From the NCBI GenBank assembly GCA_038087875.1, contig JAXLNO010000354.1, positions 1 through 48,366 on the forward strand: a DNA stretch of 48,366 bases, given 5' to 3'. The position numbers were made by a program, and so were the translations under genes. The DNA is from Malacoraja senta (lineage: Eukaryota). Position 1 is the first letter of the stretch. Every line of letters begins with the position of its first letter. Below, in pieces: positions 1-13,141 of the stretch. The notes beneath the pieces were generated by a model. It was not told the DNA's origin. It searched no databases and saw only the letters and a program-made list of their open reading frames with translations.

Positions 1-599
1 TTACATTAACATAAATAATGACAGCTTAATGTACATGCTCCTTTGCATTTCCAACTCAATATGAAAATGTGTAATTTTGTAAGTTTGCCAGTCAAAAGAT
101 AATACTATTTCCTTGTTCCCACAATGCAACTTTCAAAAACACATGCCACCTAGTTAAATATTTCTAGTCAATCTCTAATCAAGGTCATTGCGAGCTTAAG
201 CTGGCCCTCTGTATTTTTAGTGAACACAAGCAACTGCAGGTGCTCTTTGCCGATATCACTTTTAATCTGAAATGTGCACATACCCTGCAGGCACCAGCCT
301 ATTCTAGATAACAGTGTACCGTCCAAGCAAAACTAAAATCAAGCAAAAGAAAACTCTGCAAAATATACCAAGATATAAAATGTGCATAATATTTTTGGAC
401 CTAAACTAATGCACATTTAAAAAACACAATTACGCAGATATTTGTACATTCCTTTTACTGAAGGCAGCATAAAAAGGCAAATGTAATAAATACCCTGGAA
501 GAAAGATACCAGTAGTTTGAACAATAATTATCCCAGGGAGTGTCATCCAGTACAGCTGTCCGTTTATAACCCAAAACTCACTCTCCAAGCCAATGCTAA

Positions 600-725
600 T
601 GGTGTCAGAGGTATTGGGGAGAAGGCAGGAGAATGGTGTTAGGAGGGAGAGATAGATCAGCCATGATTGAATGGTGGAGTAGACTTAATGGGCCAAATGG
701 CCTAATTCTGCTTCTATCACATGAT
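600..725 (+). mobile_element. CR1 LINE 3' tail fragment
   Basis: gggagaaggcaggagaatgg...gatcagccatgattgaatgg...gggccaaatggcctaattctgct, the same tail as at 9003-9165, 34820-35170 and 47845-48180. Confidence 0.8.
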
Positions 726-1395
726 CTAAAGCCAAGTATCAGTGAAAGGTTACAGAAGATGATTCTGTATAAGAATGTCATTTACATAAACTGTGCAACC
801 ACTGTGCAAAAACACTTCAGTTAATCTCATTCCCCATCTTCTTCCCTATAAAATTCTTCAAGTATTAATACAGTTCTTCTTTGAATCTGCCTCCACACTT
901 TGCTAGAAGTGCAATCCAGATCCTTAGTATTCACCGCAGGGTTTTTTTCTCTCATCACTCATTGCTCTTTACTATGTCTTCTGGTTTCTGACCTTCCATC
1001 AGTAGGAGCATCCTCCCTACTAATCTCCAGTCTTTGCTTCAACCCTGGAATCCCTTCTGTGAGATAAGGCCTTCCCTTCATTAAATGTGATGATAAATAT
1101 TGGACATAATATTCCACATATGGGCCGATTGGTATTTTATGTAATTAATCTCAATTTATTGTACCATTTCTCAAGTTAAAGGAATTAAAGTAAAGATTTT
1201 AAAACTGATCATAACATTAATCACAACTGGTGACTTTTGCACAACTACCCCAATTGCTATTTCTTTACCATTTTAGAAACATTCCTGGCATTTGTGACTA
1301 AAGAAGTCAAATCTTCATTTCTTGGAGTTTAGAAGAATAAGGGATAATCGTATTGAAAATTTAAGATTCTAAGGAAGCATGTCAGTGTAGGTGTT

Positions 1396-2235
1396 TAAGT
1401 GTTTATTTGTTATATACATCATATATGAACCGGAAAAATTACATTTTTAATTACAGTACATTACAGGCACATGAGATGCAACAACAATAAATCATTCATT
1501 ATTCCAAGTGAACCAGGCTACGATAGTGCAAAAGCCAAAGTACATAGAGCAACCTGAGTAGTGTGAAGTGCATAGTGGTTCAATGCTGAGGCAAGACTGG
1601 GTAAGATTGTGCACGGGGGTTCAAGAATCTCATGGTGCATGGGAAGCAGCTGTTCTTGAACCAAGAGGCAATGGTTCTCAGGCTCCGGCTTCTCTCTCCC
1701 GATGGTAGCAGTGCAGAGTAGTCAGGGGTCTAAATATGTAGCCCTGAGGTGCCCCTATGTTGATGGTCATTGACTCATTGAGGAGGAGGTGCTGCCACCA
1801 ATCCATACTCACTAGAGACCCAGTACCCCGAGTTGACAGGAATGATCGCACTGAATGCCAAGCTGTGTCCGAGATCCTGTTGTCCAAGTGGTCCACAACA
1901 GAGTGGAAACCCATTGAGCTCACATCCGCTGTCGATCTGTTGTTGCTGTAGGTGAACTGAAGTGGGCTCTGGTCATAACTAATACAGGAGTTCATTTGCA
2001 ACAATACTAAACTCTTGAAGCACTTCATCACAATGAACAAGCGTGCCACCAATCAGTCCTCATTGAAGTAAATCACCTAGCTCTTCTTGAGCTAGGATAC
2101 TATGGACGTATTTTTAAGGTAGGTAGGGACCTTGGGCCACAGAAGTGGATGGTTGAAGATGTCCACAACAATCTCCACAGGTTTTGAGAATGCGACCAGG
2201 TACACCATTTAGACCCGACGTTTTTCCGAGGGTTC
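1396..2235 (-). mobile_element. Old Rex1/Babar-like LINE fragment(s)
   Basis: Minus-strand translation remnants (MTINIGAPQGYIFRP; KCFKSLV) of a Rex1-type RT, plus a Rex1-like 3' tail. Confidence 0.55.
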
Positions 2236-3244
2236 ACCTCATGAAGAAAGTTGACTTGTTGAAATGTTTCTTTGGTTTAGTATATTATTGTCACGTGAAC
2301 CAAGGTCTTTTGTTGCGTGCTATCCAGTCAGCAGAAAGACTACATATGTTTACAATCATGCCGTTTACATTGTACAGATGCAGGATAAAGGGAATAACGA
2401 TTAGTGCAAGATAAAGTCGAGTAAGAATGTGAAAACGAGGGGCATAGCTACAAGATAAGGAGCATTTGTTTTAAAAGAGGTGCTGAGGAATTTCTTCTTA
2501 CAGGAAATGATGAATCGCAGGAATTCTGGAAGGTTGTGGAGGTTGGATCCCTAGAGATATTTATAAAGGAGACAGATAAATCTTTGAAAGATCGATGAAT
2601 TCAGTGCCATTGGGAACTGGCACAGAGAAAGAGTTGAGGCCTGGGGTAGATCAGCCACGATTATGTCGAACCTCTGTTATGGATAATAACAACTTCCACA
2701 CAAGTTTCAGCTTGTAGATTTCAGTTTATCAAAAGAAGATGATGCATGTAAACACTCCAGACCCCGACTGGCTGCAAACCTACCCACATTACTGGCCTCC
2801 AGTATTCCTAACGGGAACACTGGCTCTGGTAACACATCCACCCCACACCCCAAGTATTCGCAACACCAATCCTCACCACACACTGACTTTTGATATTTTA
2901 TTAGTTCCAAGCACAAGATAATAAATAAATACAATCCACCTCAAACAACATTCACCAAATACCACAGGAGAGGCTATATTTACCAACACTCCAAATAATA
3001 AATGGCCAAGCTTGCAGGCACATGGAACTGCAGTTGGAAATCAGTGATTAACAAGGGCTTCATGTACTACATGCATGTCACTAAGTCTATTTATTTTTCA
3101 GCTCGTTGTTGCCTTATTCCATCAGCTTCCTTCTTGATATGCCAATTATGCAACACTTTATCAAAAGTCTTTTAAAAGTCCATGTACACCACAGCAGCTG
3201 CATTTCCTCCATTGACCCCCTGATCAAATTATCCAAGGTAGTTA

Positions 3245-4173
3245 TAAATTACCTCACATTTATCTATATTATACTGCATCTGCCCACTCACTCAACCTGT
3301 CCAGGTCACCCTGCAACCTCCTAACATCCTCTTCACAGTTCACACTGCCACCCAGCTTTGTGTCATCCCCAAACTTGCTAGTGTTGCTCCTAATTCCCTC
3401 TTCCAAATCATTAATATATATGGTAAACAGTTGCGGCCCCAACACCGAGCCTTGCGGCACTCCACTCGCCACTGCCTGCCATTCTGAAAAGGACCCGTTC
3501 ACTCCTACTCTTTGCTTCCGATCTGCCAACCAATTTTCTATCCATGTCAACTCCCTACCCCCAATACCATGTGCTCTAATTTTAGTCACCAGTCTCCCGT
3601 GCGGGACCTTATCAAAGGCTTTCTGAAAGTCTAGATACACTACATCCACTGGCACCCCTTCATCCATTTTACTTGTCACATCCTCAAAAAATTCCAGAAG
3701 TTAGTCAAGCATGATTTCTCTTTCATAAATCCATGTTGACTTGGACTAATCCTTTTATTGCTATCCAAATGCCCCATTATTACCTCTTTAATAATTGACT
3801 CCAGCATCTTTCCCACCACTGAAGTCAGGCTAACTGGTCTGTAATTCCCTGTTTTCTCTCTCGCTCCTTTCTTGAAAAGTGGGATAACATTAGCTATCCT
3901 CCAATCCACAGGAAACTGATCCTGCATCTATTGAACATTGGAAAATGATCACCAATGCGTCCACTATTTCTAGAGCCACCTCCCTGAGGACCCTGGGATG
4001 CAGACCATCAGGCCCAGGGATTTATCATCCTTCAGTCCCATTAGCCTACCCAATACTATTTCTCGCCTAATGAAATTTTTGTCAGTTCCTCTACCCCCTT
4101 AGATCCTCTGTTCTCCAGTACATCTGGGAGATTGTTTGTGTCTTCCTTAGAGACGACTGATCCGAAGTACCTG
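3245..4173 (-). mobile_element. CR1 LINE ORF2 reverse-transcriptase fragment (frameshifted)
   Basis: ORFs 3676..3927 (WRIANVIPLFKKG...NYRPVSLTS) and 3269..3679 (YLDFQKAFDKVPH...GVPQGSVLGP...FGDDTK). Confidence 0.95.
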
Positions 4174-4638
4174 AGTATACCGAAATACTACGGTTTTGCT
4201 TCTATTCATCTCAAATAGGTACAAAAAGACAATTGCATTAGCAGGCCTTAAAAGGTTCAATCTAGATACCATTACATTTGGAAATGAGCCACGTTGATTG
4301 ACCAGAATAGAGTTTGGTATTGCATCTATGATAAGCTGACCCAGGAATGTTTAAAGCTATCCAGACAGGTAACTCTGCTGTGGTGTGATACTGTTGCTGC
4401 ATTCCTAAGAAACCTTGTGCCATTGGAAAACACATTCTAAAAATAATTGTCAACGGGGAAAAAAAGGGGGTTGCTTCCAAAGAGTTTCAGACTCACAATA
4501 AAGTTATTTCTCTGCCAAGATTTTCAAAAACAAAAAAGGTATTTGTAATAGCTACAAGATTTTTTTGTTACTGCTGAAATTACTGAAGGCTCTATGTTAC
4601 ATTGTTTTATAGTGTGTCTTTGCGGAAGTGTCAATAGA

Positions 4639-4863
4639 AGACACAAAATGCGGGAGTAACTCAGCGGGACAGGCAGCATCCAAGGAATGGATGACATTTC
4701 GGGTCAAGACCCTTCTTCAGATTGGAGAAGATAGTCAGAACAAGGGTCTAGACCCAAATAATCACCCATTTCTTCTCTCCAGAGATTTTGCCTGTCCCCC
4801 TGTGTTACTCCAGCATTTTGTGTCTATCTTCGGTATAAACAGGCATCTGCAGTTCCTTCCTAC
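4639..4863. mobile_element. Palindromic Penelope-derived insertion with a hammerhead-like core (core on minus strand, 4693-4720)
   Basis: Inverted arms gacacaaaatg...gagtaactcagc / gttactccagcattttgtgtct; minus-strand core CTGAAGAAGGGTCTTGACCCGAAATGTC. Confidence 0.75.
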
Positions 4864-6184
4864 TCAAAGAGACAATGGTGTCCAATTACTGCAGGGGAGT
4901 TTACATGGAAGCCCGGCTCTTTTCTCTAGAGTGGTTCCCCCCCCATCCCCAACCAAGCTTTTGTTTCTGCTCGTCAATTTTCAAAGTTACTTTTAACTAA
5001 TTCACTAGTTCCCTTTTAAAATTCCTGATTAACTCATTCAGCCTATGTAATACAAAGAGTATTCCCTAATTCAACAATTGTATTTATATCCAATTTGTCG
5101 TTTTGCAGAACTACCTGTAATTGCTCTAAATGGATTGTTCCATTTCTTGCAAAGCGGTGACATAATTAACTCCAAAAAGATGCAGGTTGTTAACCATTGT
5201 TTTTTAAATGTTGCATGAAATAAACACACAAACCACTCATTAATATAGCATTATTAAACCTAGTCAGTTTGACAGCACTTCAGCAAAATGTCCATCGAGA
5301 AAATATATTGGCAAAATGCTTAACATATATTCTTCAAAAAGGAAAAAACTGAGAAAACAGCGACAGCTTATTCTTCAAACAATACCGATTAGATGTTTAG
5401 GCTCTTTGACATAACCAGAAGTAACCACATTAGTTTCCATAATTAATTACATGGGCAATAAACATGGAAGTACGTGATCAAGGTCTCCAGTCATTGGTGC
5501 ATTTATGTGGCAGCTGCCACTTAATAAGATTAATTTAACTGGAAAAATTAAAAAAGACTGGCAAATATTCACTGTACGACACATCTGTCCCTCCAATATC
5601 AAAGAAACAGACTATTAAAAACAGTCAAATATCGAGTAATTGACATTTCTGCAAACGCACTGCCACTTTGTAACTCAAATTAACTATTCCATATTTCTAA
5701 CAATTCAGTACATAAAAAGATTGCAGGTGAGACCTGCATTACCGAGGGGAGGGGAGAGATAGGGACTTTATTTATTTATCTTTCTACTTCATTTCCATGA
5801 GAGCAAATTCTGTTCCTTGGCTCAAATTTTTTTGTATTGATTTGTGAATTCAGGAAGGATGAATTTCTGTAACTCGATATACCCATAACACAGGAGTCAC
5901 CTATATTTGGTTTTCTGAACACTCCAAATACAAAATATACTTTTGTCAATGTTTCATTTACTTTCAATAGATTTCAAAGTTGACTTTATAAACACAGCAA
6001 ATATTGACACATTCCCAGAGATTGTCTGAATTTCCAATAATCAACAATCCAAAGGAAAAGGCTGAATGTTCTGAATGTAGAAAGCATTCCACAGACTAAT
6101 CTTATTCTATACCCAAAGAGGAATGTTAACATGACACTGCGCTTCAGCTTTGTGCAAGATGGACAAGCACAACCATTTAAAAGG

Positions 6185-6311
6185 CTGAAGAAGGGTATCG
6201 ACCCGAAACATCATCCTTTCTCTCCAGAGACGCTGCCTGTCCCGCTGAGTTACTCCAGCATTTTGTGTCTATCTTTGGCGTAAACCAGCATCTGCAGCTC
6301 CTTCCTACACA
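6185..6311 (+). mobile_element. Penelope-derived 3' terminus with a hammerhead-like core (6185-6212)
   Basis: CTGAAGAAGGGTATCGACCCGAAACATC followed by the family tail ...ccagcatctgcagctccttcctacac. Confidence 0.75.
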
Positions 6312-7108
6312 TTTAAGAGACCAAATCATTGTGCAAAGGGGTTATGATGAAAGTGCTCTGGTTAAAACGCTGGACTAATAATCGTGGATTAACAAAATAG
6401 AGCCATGTTAATTATGGATTTTAAAATTTTGTTAAATGATCAGATATTTTAAAAAATGGATTGTCTTAGTTATGACGATAATAAAATGGCCTGATACATA
6501 TAAATATCAATGTGCTTCACTCTTCTTCTTCAGAAAGGAGATATGCTATTACAGATCTAGCCCATGCAATTTCCGTCCTACAACAATGCGGTTGACACTG
6601 AAATGGCCAACCAAGCTATTCTGTGCAGAGGACTTTCAGGGATGAGCAATAAATGCTGGACTTGACAGCTACATCTACATTGCAAAAAAAAAAAGAAGAT
6701 GAGAACCGCCTTACATAGGAAAACACAATGGCTGAGTTAGGTTGGGGAAGAATCAGGTATTGAAACGGTGGGGTGTACAAATGGCCCCAGAGTCAAAACA
6801 ACAGTTGTTGGAACATGGTGGCAAGTTAAAAGGACACTAAATTCAGGGTTCTAATGATAATGGAACATCAGCAAGAGGAGAAGGAGCATGCTGCTTTAAG
6901 TGAATATTACACACATAAAGGGGGAACTATTTGTATGACAAAAGACTCTGGAGTACCAGAATATAAATTTGGTCCTGCATATCTAATCCTAAAGGTGATG
7001 TATTCAAGAGAGAGTTAGATATAGCTCTTAGGGCTAACTGAATCAAGGGATATGGGGAGAAAGCAGGAAGAGGGTACTGATTTTGGATGATCAGCCATGA
7101 TTATATTG

Positions 7109-7318
7109 TTTAAGAAAGAACTGCAGATGCTGGAAAAATCGAAGGTAGACAAAAATGCTGGAGAAACTCAGCGGGTGAGGCAGCATCTATGGAGCAAAGG
7201 AATAGGTGACGAATAGGTGACTGAAGAGTCTGAAGAAGGGTCTCGACCCAAAACGTCACCTATTCCTTCGCTCCATAGATGCTGCCTCACCCGCTGAGTT
7301 ACTCCAGCATTTTCGTCT
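7109..7318. mobile_element. Palindromic Penelope-derived insertion with a 16-bp TSD, inside a CR1 3' tail (about 6995-7395)
   Basis: Flanked by AGCCATGATTATATTG (7093-7108) and AGCCATGATCATATTG (7319-7334); hammerhead-like core 7230-7257 with GAAA changed to AAAA. Confidence 0.85.
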
Positions 7319-7549
7319 AGCCATGATCATATTGAATGGCGATGCTAGCTCAAAGGGCCGAATGGCCTACTCCTGCACCTATTTTCTATGTTTCTATCTT
7401 AACACACCACATAGGCTGCTTGCGTTGATGAGAGAACCACATTGTTTATGGGTTTAAGTGCACAAAATAATTTTAAGCAAGTGGAATCCAATGGCTTGGC
7501 TAGGACCATCCATGCACATACAAGTCTTACAACAGAGGACCTGCTAATG

Positions 7550-8183
7550 AGGAAGGTGCATCACAGTCCTCATTAACACACACACACATAGCAAAGGCGA
7601 GGGCCAGGGTAAACGGGGGGAGCGCTGTCTGAAATTCACACTGTGCAAAGCCAAGGTGATATAGACACACACCGCGATGAACAGGAAGGTTGGCGCTGTA
7701 ATTAAGACAGCTAGCACAGTGTACGGTAAGTCCTTTAAAAGAGGGGGGGAGGAAGGGTGGAGACAACTTTTAAGAAGCCAGACCACTTTTAATAAGCCAG
7801 AGATACACAGCTGTGAAGTTCGGCGGACATTTAACATTACCGGTCGGTTATCCTTGGTTCTGAAAACTCTTGCTTGCGTTTTTTTTCCGCAATGAGGCAA
7901 TGAAAATGACCGGTCAGCAAAGGCGTTAAGTAAAACTACCTACGACTACCTCCAACTACATGGCGACCCCACTACAAGTGCACCTACGACTATAGGATTA
8001 TCGATTATCAGGATTAACATGTTGAACAATTTGCGGTGACCATACTGAGGCCACGACTAGTTCGCAGAATGCAGGAACTCCTCACGACCATGAAGGAGAC
8101 TCACCAGAGACCACCAGCGAGCATGTGGCGAGCACAGCGTCTCCTGCATTCACCTAAAAAGTCGCCTAAGTGAGACAGGCCCA
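7550..8183. mobile_element. Truncated non-autonomous PIF/Harbinger element (right terminus only; left boundary uncertain)
   Basis: Ends AAGTGAGACAGGCCCA followed by TAA; the subterminal region (ttaacat..gaa, cgaccatgaaggaga, ctacgact repeats) resembles 26910-27087. Confidence 0.65.
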
Positions 8184-9360
8184 TAAGGTGCATCTGGTGA
8201 TGCATTTGGTTTGCTTTTATTTACATCAGGTTTAGTACCCTGGTTTTATGATAATTTTAGGGCGATCAAAGCCTCAGCTCCAGATGTTACAGATTGCGGG
8301 AAACTGACTATGGGAAATCCAATATTCTAGCCACTTTCTGGAATGCAAACTTCAGATTTGCCAATTCGGTTCTGTTAATTTCTTCATTATTTTCCTCTGC
8401 TTCCATTAATCTAGTGATTGCCCATTTCATTCAACATTAGTATCTTTGAATTTCCCCATTTCTTCTGTTCAAGGCCAGATTAAATGATACAATGATCATT
8501 ATTTGGCCATTGTTCACAAAACACGGACAGCCGGCTGAAATCAGGCTCATTACACAACAGTATAGCTGCTGTCGTATTTTCTTGTTAGTTCTAGTTCATG
8601 CTGCAGGAAATTGTACTGAACTCACAAGAATTTCATTACCTTCCTGCCACATTCTTGCCCAAGTCTATGAAAATTAATATGCTCCATTAAAAACAAATAT
8701 TCCTTTGCTGCATGCTTTGTAATCTTTGATTGTGAGCATTTGACCACTGCAGAGGTGCTGCCAGAAGTCCAGTGTATGAGTCTGAATAATCTTAAACTCA
8801 ATTTTAATTCTATGTATACGTTTGTCTCACCCCTGACCATTTTGCAGAGAGGTCAAGTAGCAGCATTCAAGCTGAAATGGCATTGCAATTCATTCCATTA
8901 GATCCCTTTACTCTCATTCAGCATGAAAATCAGTCATTTGCCCCACATTATCAGCAAGTGACTTTTTTGTGGATAAAATGAAAGTTTTGTGGATGAATAA
9001 AAATTTAAGGCGGAGATTGACAGATTCTTGATTAGTACGGGTGTCAAAAGGTTATGGGGTGAAGGCAGGAGAATGGGGTTCAGAGGTAAAGATAGGTCAT
9101 CCATGATTGAATGGCAGAGTAGACTTGATGGGCCGAATGGCTTAATTCTGCTCCTAGAACTTATGAAAGCCATGGATGTACTTTCCATAGATTTCCAGAA
9201 AAAAAAAGATAAGTTGCCGCATTAAAGGTCAGTGCAGAAAATAGAAACTCCGTGTAGGAGGAAACATATCGCAATTCTTAATAGATTGGCTGGCTACAAG
9301 GGAACAGTAGGTATATGAGTCTTTTCTCAATTGGCAGAATGTAACGAGCAATGTTCCAAG

Positions 9361-11719
9361 ACTCTCACTCAGCACGTCACCTTTCCCACTCATGACAAAG
9401 GTCACATCCTTGACCTGGTCTGCTCCACAAATCAACCGGTACTCGACCTCCATCCATGCCTCTTCCCCCTCTCTGATCATAAGCTTATACGGTTCACCAT
9501 CCCTTCTCCGACACCTCGCCCCCGCTTCCTCCGAGAAATCACCTTCCGTAATCTAAAATCCATCGACCCTCACCATCTCTCTGACCTGCTCTCCACCACT
9601 CTCCCCCTGGACTCAACCCACATCTCACCTGATGATCTCACAAACCATCTCAATTCCACCTTGTCTACCTCCCTTAACACTCTGGCTCCCTTCAAAACAA
9701 GAACCGTAACTTTTAATAAATCTTCACCCTGGTACACACCTGCACTTCGTAAGCTGAAACAGATTGGTCGCCGACATGAACGACTCATAATGAAATCACC
9801 TCTCACAGTCCACCATGAAGCTTACAAACTCCACCTCACTGCCTACAAAGATGCCCTCATTGCTGCTAAATCCGCCTACCTCTCCTCCATATTCACCGAC
9901 CCCTGCCTAAACCACAGAACCCTCTTCTCCGCAGTGTGCAACCTCCTCAAGCCTCGAGCCAACACTCTCCCTACCTCCACTCCGGATCTCTGCAACTCAT
10001 TCCTCCACTTTTTTGCTGACAAAATCAGCACCATCTATCAATCTTTATCCCCTCTACCCGACTCCCCAGCATCTACTCCACCACCTACCAAGGCCCCTCC
10101 TTTCAACATCTCCGCTGACCTCCTTACCCCTCCTCCTCACTGCTTCCTCTCCCAGTTTGACCCGGTCACCCCTACTGAAATCTCCAAACTCATCAGCTCT
10201 TCCAAACCCACTACCTGCTCCCTCGACCCTCTCCCCACTCCCCTGCTGAAGTCCTGCCTCCCCACTCTCTGCCCCTACCTCACTAATCTCTTCAACTCCT
10301 CATTGTCCCAAGGAATTGTCCCCTCTGCTTTCAAAACTGCTGCTGTCACACCAATCTTAAAGAAACCTGGTCTTGATCCCTCCTCTCTCATTAACTACCG
10401 CCCTATCTCAAACCTCCCCTTTCTTTCAAAAACCCTGGAGCGTATCGTCGCGTCACAACTTCATTCCCACCTCCTCGCGTATAACCTATTCGAACCCCTC
10501 CAATCTGGCTTTCGCCCCCTCCATAGCACAGAAACTGCTCTCCTCGAAGTCCTCAATGACCTCCTTACCTCTGCTGACACTGGCTCCCTCAATATCCTCA
10601 TCCTCCTCGACCTGAGTGCAGCCTTCGATACCGTGAATCATAACATCCTGCTCACCAGACTTAGGGACCTTGGCATTGAAGGTTCTGCACTCAGCTGGCT
10701 CCGTTCCTACCTTTCCAACCGATCCCACTTCATCTCTCTCCACAACCACACCTCTGCCACAGCCACTGTCACTCAAGGCGTTCCCCAAGGCTCCGTTCTT
10801 GGTCCCCTCCTCTTCATCATCTACATCCTCCCCCTTGGTCATATACTCCGTCACTTCAACCTGGACTACCACTGCTATGCTGATGACACCCAGATCTATC
10901 TCAGCACCAAATCCCCCCACCACCCCCCTCTCTCCCATATCAACTCCTTCCTGTCAGCCATCAAATCTTGGATGCAACTCAACTTCCTTAAATTAAACAG
11001 TAACAAAACAGAATTTCTCCTCATTGGCTCCAAATCAACACTCACTAAAATTAACAACTTCACTCTCACTATTGACGGCACCACTGTCTCCCCATCTCCT
11101 CAGGCCCACAACCTTGGCGTGATCTTTGACTCAACCCTCTCCCTTGAGCCTCACATCCGCCATGTTGTCAAAACATCATTTTTTCACCTCCGCAACATTG
11201 CCAAAATCAGATCCTCTCTCACACCCCCCGCTGCTGAAAGACTCATCCATGCCTTCATCTCCTCCCGACTGGACTACTGTAACTCTCTTCTCTTTGGCAT
11301 CAATTCCAGCAACATGAACCGACTCCACCTGGTCCAGAACGCTGCCGCCCGACTCATTACCCACACCAAATCCTGGCACCACATCACCCCAGTTCTCAAA
11401 GAACTTCACTGGCTTCCCATTTCCCACCGGATCATCTACAAAATCCTGGTCCTCACCTACAAAGCCCTCAACCACTTGGCCCCCCCCTTATCTCACTGAC
11501 CTCCTCTCCCCCTACCAACCCTCACGGTCCCTCGGATCCACATCAGCTGGTCTCCTCTCCACTCCAAAATCAAACCTCTGCCCTTTTGGAGGCAGAGCCT
11601 TCTCCAGGGCAGCTCCCAGGCTCTGGAATTCCCTCCCACAACTGATCCGAAATTCTGAGTCCCTCACCATCTTCCAGTCCCGCCTCAAGACCCATCTCTT
11701 CACCTCTGCATACCCTTAG
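9361..11719 (+). pseudogene. L2 ORF2 (partial endonuclease plus reverse transcriptase), single +1 frameshift in a C8 run at 11480-11487
   Basis: 722-aa ORF with NYRPISNLPFLSK, LLDLSAAFDTV, GVPQGSVLGP and YADD. After the C run another frame continues YLTDLLSPYQPSRSL...RLWNSLP...LKTHLFTSAYP* (TAG 11717-11719). Confidence 0.9.
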
Positions 11720-11864
11720 TCCCATGTCCCCCTCCCCTTTGCATCTCTGTCTTACTGCTCTTTATTTATTTATTTATTTATTTATTTTTTGACTCTCAAT
11801 GTAAAGCGACTTTGAGTCCTTGAAAAGCGCTATATAAATAAAATGTATTATTATTATTATTATT
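9361..11864 (+). mobile_element. L2-clade LINE, 5'-truncated, young
   Basis: Long ORF2 with endonuclease C-terminus (QHVTFPTHDKGHILDLV) and RT; L2-type tail atgtaaagcgactttgag...aaagcgctatataaat(tta)n. Confidence 0.95.
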
Positions 11865-12884
11865 CACAATTTAGAAATGATTTGGTCAAAGGCACCAAAA
11901 GATATGGCTGCTTAGTTTGCTGGTGATACAAAAGGAAAGGAAAATGTGAAAAAGATGAAAGGTTCTAGAATCTATGAGCGAGTGGACAATGAAGTATAAC
12001 ATGCAAAATGTGAAATTGTCGCTATGGTAGGAAAAATAGAAAAGCCTATTATCTAAATGGTGAGCGAGCCTTGCAGAGGGATCTGGATATCCAATTGCAT
12101 GATTCACATAAGCATGTGATTAAGAATTCTCACAGAATTTCATTCATTGTTAGGAGAATTGAATATAAAATGCAGCAAGGTTATACTTGAGTTAGTTAGG
12201 AGAATGGCAAGAACTGTGAGCAGTTCTGGTGTCCTTTTAAGACATTAATGCATTGGAAATAAATCAGAGAAGGTTTCGGAGACTGATACCTGCAATAAGA
12301 AATTTGGCTTATGGAAAAAAGGTTGGACGATATGGAGTTGAAGAGGGCTTGACTGAACTTCAATGGTGTTGAGAGGATTGTGGTAGAGAGGGTGTTTTTT
12401 CATGAGCAAGAATCTAGGAGAGAAAACTGTTTACAAATAAGTGGCCTCCAATTAACGATAAGGTAGAAGGTTTTCATAATGGGCTGAGTGCTCAAACAAA
12501 GCTTTTTAATATGTTCAAGGCAGATGTAGGTAAATGTTTGATAAGCAAGGTGAGGAAACATCACCATAGGTAGAAAGGAATACCATAGGTAGGCAGCAAT
12601 CAGATCAGCCACGATCATTAAATAGCAAAGCAGGCTTCCGTGGCTGAGTGGCCTACTCACACGCCAAGTTTGTTTAGGGCACCTAACAAAGAAAATAGTA
12701 GACTTTCTGAGCATGGTTTGTGCAATTTCAAGCTGACTGTAGATTCTTCATGGTTAGAATGTAGAACGAGGGAACAATGCAGAAACAGACTTCATCAGAT
12801 AGTTAAGACCAAAAACTAACAACGTTTATTTCAAGTCTCAAGGCTAAGCATTGTGTTCAATAATCAAATATATACTCTATGACA

Positions 12885-13133
12885 AAACAGTTTTTATCCA
12901 CGAGTAGTTGCTCTACTCAACAGCCAAAAATCTGTAGCCTCCCTTTGATCTGGTATTTTGTTGGTTCACATGCTTGATCAATGGTGTTTTATCATTAATG
13001 TTTTATTATTATTAATGTTTAGTGTTTTCCGAGTCATTCGTAACTGTCACTGTATGTCATGTTGTTACTTATGGGCGGAGCACCAAGGCAAATTCCTTGT
13101 ATGTGAATACTTGTCCAATAAACTTACTTACTT
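12885..13133 (+). mobile_element. Rex1-like LINE 3' tail
   Basis: Homologous to 47345-47580 (ccacgagtagt.gctctactcaa...caaggcaaattccttgtatgtg...ccaataaactta). Confidence 0.8.
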
Positions 13134-13141
13134 AGATCCTT

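Larger units (their letters stand above)
9166..12660 (+). mobile_element. Old degraded CR1 LINE split by the L2 insertion (pieces about 9166-9360 and 11865-12660)
   Basis: DVLSIDFQK..DKLPH and ...VTSNVP remnants before the L2; FTI..NDL..FAGDTK remnants and a CR1 3' tail after it. Confidence 0.75.

Noticed and set aside
5325..5360. Minus-strand FLFE resembling the end of a downstream RALGAPA2 exon
   Set aside because: The upstream KSQREELD sequence is absent and no GT donor follows; no exon 2 or 3 was found in 1-15229
10486..11703. Antisense and alternate-frame ORFs within the L2
   Set aside because: By-products of the strongly C-biased L2 coding strand
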